From Ideonella sp. (GTDB lineage Bacteria; Pseudomonadota; Gammaproteobacteria; Burkholderiales; Burkholderiaceae_C): 64,000 nt of DNA. Positions within the stretch are counted from its first letter, which is position 1, and every line of letters starts with the position of its first letter. Made by a program: the position numbers and the translations under genes. Location: assembly GCF_041914305.1 (NCBI RefSeq), contig NZ_JAYSDQ010000026.1:17944-81943 (forward strand). The letters run 5' to 3'. The notes below the pieces were generated by a model. That model was not told where the DNA came from, ran no database searches, and saw only the letters and a program-made list of their open reading frames with translations. Below are positions 57,673-64,000 of this stretch, piece after piece.

Positions 57673-58866
57673 ATGATGACCGGTCGTATGACGACCCTCG
57701 CCGAGTTTCTCGCGCCGTTCGATCCGGTCGCGTTCAAGAACGACTACTACGGCAAGAAGCCGCTGCACATCGCAGCCCGCGGACGGGCATTGGCCAACCC
57801 ACTGCCGTGGCAGCGCCTCAACGAGATTCTTGACCTCACATCGTTCTGGAACGAAGACACGCTGAAGGTCTTCTACCAGAACCGGCTGGCACTGCGCGAG
57901 AACTACTGCGACCTGAGCGATCTCGCGCCGGGCGCCAAGGCACCCGTTGACCCGCGCAAGGTGAAGGTCCTGCTCGGCTTCGGCGCGAGCCTGGTGGCCA
58001 ATCAGATCCAGCGCGTATGCCCCGAAGTGGCCGCCTTCGTGCACATGTTGCAGCGGGAGTTCGCTTGCGCATCGGGTGCCAACGCCTACTGCTCGTTCCA
58101 GGGCGTGCAGGCCTTCAACACCCACTACGACCTGCACGACGTCTTTGCGCTCCAGGCCGAAGGCGAAAAGCTGTGGCGCATCTACGAAGCGCGGGCCGAC
58201 AACCCGACGGTGCCCACCCCGCCGGGCGACGAGGCCGAGAAATGGCTGATCGCCAGCCGCGGCAAGGTGATGGCCGAAGTGCTGATGAAGCCCGGCGACA
58301 TCCTGTACCTGCCGCGCGGCCAGTACCACGACGCCATCACCGGCGCCGAAGCGTCATTGCATGTGACGCTGTGGGTCAAGCCTGCCACCGGGCTGTCGCT
58401 GCTCAAGCTGCTCGAGACGACGGCTGCGTCCGAGAGCTTGTTCCGGGCCGATCTGCCCGATGCGCGCGACCCGGCCGCGCTCGGTGCGCACCTCGCCCGC
58501 CTGTCTCAACGGCTGGGCGAGCTGATGACATCACCGTCATTCGCGCTCGAGATCGGCAACCATCAACGCTCCTTCGCCACGTCGCCAGCGTCGTTCGAAT
58601 TGCCCGCGCGGCAACGAGCCCAGTATTTCTCGACGGCCAAACGAGGTGAAGTCGTGCGGCGCGATGCCGGCTTCAGCGTGCAGATCGATCGCAGCCAGAT
58701 CGACATTGGCGCCACCTACCCCGCCGTAGGCTGGCTGATGCAGCAACGGCTCTTCTCGTTCGACGATCTGAGATCGAGATTCCCGTTCGTCGACGACACC
58801 GAGCTTCGGGCGGTGCTTCAGCGCCTGGTCGATGCCGGCGCGATCGTCGAGACCGAGATGCGCTGA
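57673..58866 (+). CDS. JmjC/cupin-4 (YcfD/ROX-like) 2OG-Fe(II) oxygenase
   Basis: NAY, HYDLHDVFALQ.EG.K.WRIY, PGDILYLPRGQYHDA; C-terminal winged-helix-like end. Confidence 0.85.
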   Translation: MMTGRMTTLAEFLAPFDPVAFKNDYYGKKPLHIAARGRALANPLPWQRLNEILDLTSFWNEDTLKVFYQNRLALRENYCDLSDLAPGAKAPVDPRKVKVLLGFGASLVANQIQRVCPEVAAFVHMLQREFACASGANAYCSFQGVQAFNTHYDLHDVFALQAEGEKLWRIYEARADNPTVPTPPGDEAEKWLIASRGKVMAEVLMKPGDILYLPRGQYHDAITGAEASLHVTLWVKPATGLSLLKLLETTAASESLFRADLPDARDPAALGAHLARLSQRLGELMTSPSFALEIGNHQRSFATSPASFELPARQRAQYFSTAKRGEVVRRDAGFSVQIDRSQIDIGATYPAVGWLMQQRLFSFDDLRSRFPFVDDTELRAVLQRLVDAGAIVETEMR

Positions 58867-58889
58867 GCGCAAAGCGACACTTCTTCTCG

Positions 58890-59816
58890 ATGCCTGCTCA
58901 AGCCCCCTGCCGGCTGCCTGCCCGCGCCGCGCTCGACCCCACCGGCTTGCACCTGGGCCTGCTCGACATCGCCCCCCACGAGCTGCATGACCCGTTCCTG
59001 CACGAGACGGTCCAACGTGTACCGGCCGCGCAGACGCTGGCCCACGTGCCCCGTGCCGAACTCGGCCAGGTGCAGGCATCGTCGGCGCCGGTTGGTGTGA
59101 TCTTTCATGTCGCTCGTTGCGGCTCGACATTGGCCTCGCAACTGCTGAAACAGCTCGACGGCGTGGTCGTCTACGCCGAGCCGCTGGTGATCAACGAGCT
59201 GCTGGTCCCGCCGCACTCGGTCAGCCGCGCAGACCTGGTGGCGGCGCTGCGCACCCTTGGCGGGTTCTTCGCCGCGCACGCACAACGGCCCTATGTGCTG
59301 AAGCTGTCGAGCTGGAACACCCTGTTCTGCGACCTGGTGGCCGAAGCCTTTCCGCAGACCCCGTGGGCGCTGTGTCTGCGCGACCCGCTGGAGGTCTGCG
59401 TGTCGCTGTTGGCGCAGCAACCCAGCTGGCTGCGCGACGATTTCGCCACGCGTTTCTCCCCCTTCATGGCCACCGGCCACCAGGGTCTTGGCACCGAAGC
59501 CAGGGCGGCCCGGTTCTTCGCTGCGTTCTGTGAAGCCATCATGCGCCTGGACCAGGCGCGCGGCCTGCTGCTACCCTACGAATCGCTGCCAAGCGCGGTG
59601 TGGACCAGCCTCGCTCCCCACTTCGGCCTTCACGTTGACGAACCCTCAAGGCAACGCATGGCCGCTGCGGCACAGCGCCACTCGAAATCTCAAGTCGGCC
59701 AAGCCCTTTCATTCGCGCCGGATGACGAGCGCAAACGCGCCGCGGCATCGCCAGAGCTGCACCGTGCGGTCGACGAGATTGCACGGCCCGCGTATGCGCG
59801 GTGTATGCGCGGCTGA
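58890..59816 (+). CDS. Sulfotransferase-like protein
   Basis: IFHVARCGSTL (5'-PSB-like), LKLSSWN, LRDPLEV (3'-PB-like), YESL. Confidence 0.65.
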   Translation: MPAQAPCRLPARAALDPTGLHLGLLDIAPHELHDPFLHETVQRVPAAQTLAHVPRAELGQVQASSAPVGVIFHVARCGSTLASQLLKQLDGVVVYAEPLVINELLVPPHSVSRADLVAALRTLGGFFAAHAQRPYVLKLSSWNTLFCDLVAEAFPQTPWALCLRDPLEVCVSLLAQQPSWLRDDFATRFSPFMATGHQGLGTEARAARFFAAFCEAIMRLDQARGLLLPYESLPSAVWTSLAPHFGLHVDEPSRQRMAAAAQRHSKSQVGQALSFAPDDERKRAAASPELHRAVDEIARPAYARCMRG

Positions 59817-59922
59817 TCGCGCCGCGATAAACCTCCAGGCGACAGGCACTTGCTCGGCCCGCCGAGCCGCCAAGATCCATTGCGGCATGCCTCACCCCTA
59901 CCTGAGCTGAATTCGACGCAAT

Positions 59923-59951
59923 AAAAAAGGGTCGCCACTGGCGACCCTTTT
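59923..59951. terminator. Bidirectional Rho-independent terminator
   Basis: AAAAAAGGGTCGCC-ACT-GGCGACCCTTTT between convergent genes. Confidence 0.85.
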
Positions 59952-59976
59952 GCAAACCGGCTCGCGCCGGCTTTGA

Positions 59977-62871
59977 TCAGAACTTGGCGTTCAGCGTCAG
60001 CGACACACGACGGCCCATCGCGTCGTACACCACCGGGTAGGTGTTGCCGTTCACGAAGCCCGAGCCTTGGTTGCGCAGCGGCGGATCGGTGTCCAGCACG
60101 TTGTTCACCGCAGCCGACAGGGTGATGTTCTTCGTCGCCTTGTACGAAGCACCGATGTCGAAGTAGTTCATCGCCTTCAGCTTCTCGACCAGCGGATCGA
60201 CCGCGGCGTTCAGGTGCGGGTCCTTGCTGGTGGCTTCGTTCTTCACCGAGTCGATGTAGCGCCAGTTCAGCGACAGGTCGACGTTCCACGGCGAGCGCCA
60301 GGTGGTGCGCAGCGAATGACGCCATTCCGGAGCCGGCGTGCCGCAGTTGGCACCGTAGAAGCCCGCGCAGTCGTACGCACCGAAGCCCGGCGCATCTTCC
60401 GCTTCGAACTTGGCCAGCCACGTGCCCTTGAACGCGAAGTCCAGGCGGCCCATGCCTTCCAGCTTGAGCTGGTAGTCGACACCCACGTCCAGACCTTCCG
60501 TCTCCTTGAACGACAGGTTCAGGTTGTTGGCGACGATGTAGCCACCGTTCGGCGGCGTACCAGTCCACAGGTCATGCGTGACCGTGTTGCGGTGGATCAG
60601 GCTGCAGGTGAACGCATTGCCGGTTTCCAGGCAGTCGTTCAGCGTTGCGCCCGGCGGGATGTTGCCGATGATGTCGTCGACCCGGATGTGGAACCAGTCG
60701 AAGGTCAGGTTCATGTCCTTCAACGGATTCACGACGAAGCCCAGCGTCCAGCTCTTCGAGGTCTCGGGGTTCAACTGGGTGTTGCCGCCGAAGATCGCGT
60801 TGTACTGACCAGCCGGGTTGTTCGCCAGGACGTGACCATAGTCGGCCGGGGCCAAGCCGGTACGGGCGCACTGCTCGACCGTGGCGGTCGGGGTCGGGCC
60901 ACCGCAGGGATCGCCGGCGCTGTCGTACAGACCCAGAGCGGACTGCGAGAACAGCTCGATGATGTTGGCAGCGCGCGACGCGCGCTGGGCGCTGGCGCGC
61001 ACCTTGAAGGCGTTGATCGGCGCCCACTCCAGGCCGAGGCCCCAAGTGCTGGTCGTCTTGCCCGTGCTGTAGTCCGAGTAGCGATAGCTGGCGTTGACGG
61101 CCAGCAGTTCGGCGAACGGTGCCTTCTCGACCAGCGGCATGCGCAGTTCGGTGAAGAGGTCGGTCACGTCGAACGCGCCGGCCACACCGATCGTCGGGCC
61201 GCCCTGGCCAGCCAGGTCACCAGTGGTGAATGCCTGGTCGGTGGTCAGCTCCATCTCTTCGGTGCGGTGCTCAACACCCAGCGCAACGCCCAGACCCGAC
61301 TTGGCCCAGGGCGTCTTGACGCCGTAGCCGGTCAGGTCGCCGTTGACCGATGCCGAAATCACTTCAGTCGAGGTGAAGCCCTTCTGGAAACCGGGGGTCT
61401 GCAGATAGGCCAACGCACCCGGGGTCACGCCACCGGGCGACCAAATGTTGTACGGCACGCAGTTCGGGTCCGAACCGTCGACCACCGAGCGGCAAACCGC
61501 ATTGCCATTGCCGTCGTCCACCACGTCCAGGGCGCGCAGCAGGCGGGTGTTGGAGAAGTCGTTCTTGTAGACCTCTTGGTACAGCACCTTGCCGACCAGG
61601 GCCGACACGTCATAGCTCCAGGCGTCGCCGATGTCGCCCTTGACACCGATCACACCGCGGTAAGACGAGTGGCGGATGTCGTCCTGGCGACCGCCACCTT
61701 CGACGTTACGACGACCGATCAGCAGGTCGGCCGTGTCGCCAGGAGCGTTGAGGTTCAGCGCGTCTTTCCAGGCTTGCGTCAGCAGCGGGTTTTCGAACGC
61801 CGCCGTGGTCGTGAAGCCACCGAAGAAGATGCCGCTAGGGGCGATCTGGGCAACGGTATGGTCGTCGTGGAACGAGAACTCGCCGTACACGCGGGCGTAG
61901 TCGGCCAGGTCGTAGTGCGCCAGCGCCTGAACGCTGTAGCGGTCTGACGGACGTTGGAAGTAGTTCGTCGGTGCGAAGTTGTACTGGTCGCGCAAACCGC
62001 TCCAAGGACGAACCGAACCGTCCGGTGCGAGGTTCCAGTCGCCGCCATCATCGGCCAGGTCCAGGAAGCGGCCAGGGAAAGAAGTGGACGAGCCACCGCA
62101 GGTCCAGGCGCCACCCACGGCGGTCAGCGCGCAGTTCGAGAAGTCACGCTTGTCTTGGGTCAGCGCGTCTTCGGTCTTGTGGGCGAAGAACAGCACCGCA
62201 TTGCCCTTGCCGTCGGCGAAGTTGCCGCCCAACGTCAGGTTGAAGTCGGTGACCTTGCCATCAGCGTCGGCACTGCCGGGCATCTTGAAGGCGCGCGCTG
62301 CGTTGGCATCTTTGACGCCTTGCGAGGTGTGCTGGCTGTGGTTGAAGAACTCGTGGTTCAGGTCGATCTGAACGCCCTCGAACTTGTCGTCGAGGATGAA
62401 GTTCACCACGCCGGCAACGGCGTCCGAACCATAGATGGCCGAAGCGCCACCGGTCAGGATTTCGACGCGCTTGATCAGCGACACCGGAATCTGGTTCAAG
62501 TCGGACGAAATGTCGCGCGGGCTGCCGCCCGGCAGGCGACGACCGTTGACCAACACCAGGGTGCGGTTCGAGCCGAGGTTGCGCAGGTTGACGGTGGCGG
62601 TACCGGTGGCACCGTTCGACACGCTGCCACCTTGGTCAGCAAAGACCTGGGGCAGGTTGTTCAGCAGTTGTTCGGCGTTGCGAACACCTTCCAGTGCAAT
62701 TGCTTCCTTGCCCAGCACGACGACCGGCGAGGTGCCTTCGGTCTGAACCGTCTTGATGCGGGAACCGGTGATCTCGACGCGCTCTTGCGCGGACGCCGCG
62801 CCGGACGCCAGGATCAGCCCGCCACCGAAGGCAAGCAGCAAGCTCGTGCTGAGCTTTGTTTTCTGGAACAT
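59977..62871 (-). CDS. TonB-dependent receptor
   Basis: Signal peptide, ERVEITGSRI TonB-box, plug LRNLGSNRTLVLVNGRR..IKRVEILTGGASAIYGSDAVAGVVNFI, terminal Phe; AGGAG RBS. Confidence 0.95.
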   Translation of the reverse strand: MFQKTKLSTSLLLAFGGGLILASGAASAQERVEITGSRIKTVQTEGTSPVVVLGKEAIALEGVRNAEQLLNNLPQVFADQGGSVSNGATGTATVNLRNLGSNRTLVLVNGRRLPGGSPRDISSDLNQIPVSLIKRVEILTGGASAIYGSDAVAGVVNFILDDKFEGVQIDLNHEFFNHSQHTSQGVKDANAARAFKMPGSADADGKVTDFNLTLGGNFADGKGNAVLFFAHKTEDALTQDKRDFSNCALTAVGGAWTCGGSSTSFPGRFLDLADDGGDWNLAPDGSVRPWSGLRDQYNFAPTNYFQRPSDRYSVQALAHYDLADYARVYGEFSFHDDHTVAQIAPSGIFFGGFTTTAAFENPLLTQAWKDALNLNAPGDTADLLIGRRNVEGGGRQDDIRHSSYRGVIGVKGDIGDAWSYDVSALVGKVLYQEVYKNDFSNTRLLRALDVVDDGNGNAVCRSVVDGSDPNCVPYNIWSPGGVTPGALAYLQTPGFQKGFTSTEVISASVNGDLTGYGVKTPWAKSGLGVALGVEHRTEEMELTTDQAFTTGDLAGQGGPTIGVAGAFDVTDLFTELRMPLVEKAPFAELLAVNASYRYSDYSTGKTTSTWGLGLEWAPINAFKVRASAQRASRAANIIELFSQSALGLYDSAGDPCGGPTPTATVEQCARTGLAPADYGHVLANNPAGQYNAIFGGNTQLNPETSKSWTLGFVVNPLKDMNLTFDWFHIRVDDIIGNIPPGATLNDCLETGNAFTCSLIHRNTVTHDLWTGTPPNGGYIVANNLNLSFKETEGLDVGVDYQLKLEGMGRLDFAFKGTWLAKFEAEDAPGFGAYDCAGFYGANCGTPAPEWRHSLRTTWRSPWNVDLSLNWRYIDSVKNEATSKDPHLNAAVDPLVEKLKAMNYFDIGASYKATKNITLSAAVNNVLDTDPPLRNQGSGFVNGNTYPVVYDAMGRRVSLTLNAKF

Positions 62872-62920
62872 ACGTACCACTCCTGAGTAAGGGAAGGTTG
62901 ATCGATAGACCCTGTCACGA

Positions 62921-62936
62921 AGCAAGTCACATGCCG
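62921..62936 (-). promoter_or_regulatory. Putative sigma54 (-24/-12) promoter of the TonB-dependent receptor
   Basis: Minus strand CGGCATG-TGAC-TTGCT, exact GG-N10-GC spacing, about 50 nt upstream of ATG. Confidence 0.65.
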
Positions 62937-63211
62937 GTCTTGTGAAGCCAGGATGTACCCACCTCGAAAACATGTGAACGGATTGTCACTGACCCATCTT
63001 TGGGGCCCGCTAGCGGGAAACCCTCTACAACGGTTTTTGCGACGGCGTTTGTTGTGTTTACGCAGCACATTCCACCGCTGCAAATGACTTGTCTAGTCAA
63101 TCAACGCAGGGCTGTTCGAGCCCAAAACGATGCGGCCCGGGCGCTCTCGCGCCGGGCCGTATGGGCTGCATCAGAAGGGGTGGAGGGAACTAGCGTTAAC
63201 CCTCATCGACG

Positions 63212-64000
<789 letters not shown>

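Noticed and set aside
59817-59976. Precursor peptide for the AspH/JmjC/sulfotransferase trio
   Set aside because: Only a 7-codon ORF (MPHPYLS) without an RBS; not supportable

Overview
High-GC betaproteobacterial (Burkholderiales-like) chromosomal window with five blocks. (1) 1-6049: TolC/HlyD/ABC-2 efflux operon and a secreted glycosidase-like/FGE-fold fusion protein. (2) 6420-32369: an apparently intact ~26 kb extracellular contractile injection system (eCIS, Afp/PVC-like) operon encoding sheath, tube, DUF4255 cap, AAA+ ATPase, split spike, gp25, two baseplate-J proteins, a tail protein, a DUF6519 fibre and two DUF4157 cargo proteins. One cargo carries an unrecognised C-terminal domain; the other joins a tape-measure-like helical rod to a His-Me nuclease. 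No PAAR, stand-alone tape measure, lysis or immunity gene is visible, and two different MITE-like elements sit at baseplate-gene stop codons. (3) 32382-33533: a secreted GH5-fold protein with non-canonical catalytic motifs behind a sigma54-type promoter. (4) 33670-56156: core genes (icd, hemN, fnr, cbb3 oxidase ccoNOQP-GH and ccoIS, two-component system, sodB, xseA, exbBD-like, lpxK, kdsB, adk, SDR). (5) 56278-62871: TPR-AspH hydroxylase, JmjC oxygenase and a sulfotransferase-like gene converging on a TonB-dependent receptor with a sigma54-type promoter; a partial peptide ABC ATPase ends the window. No rRNA, tRNA, CRISPR array, integrase or transposase was seen. All calls come from motif recognition by eye with no database searches; starts were refined by hand and some are uncertain.
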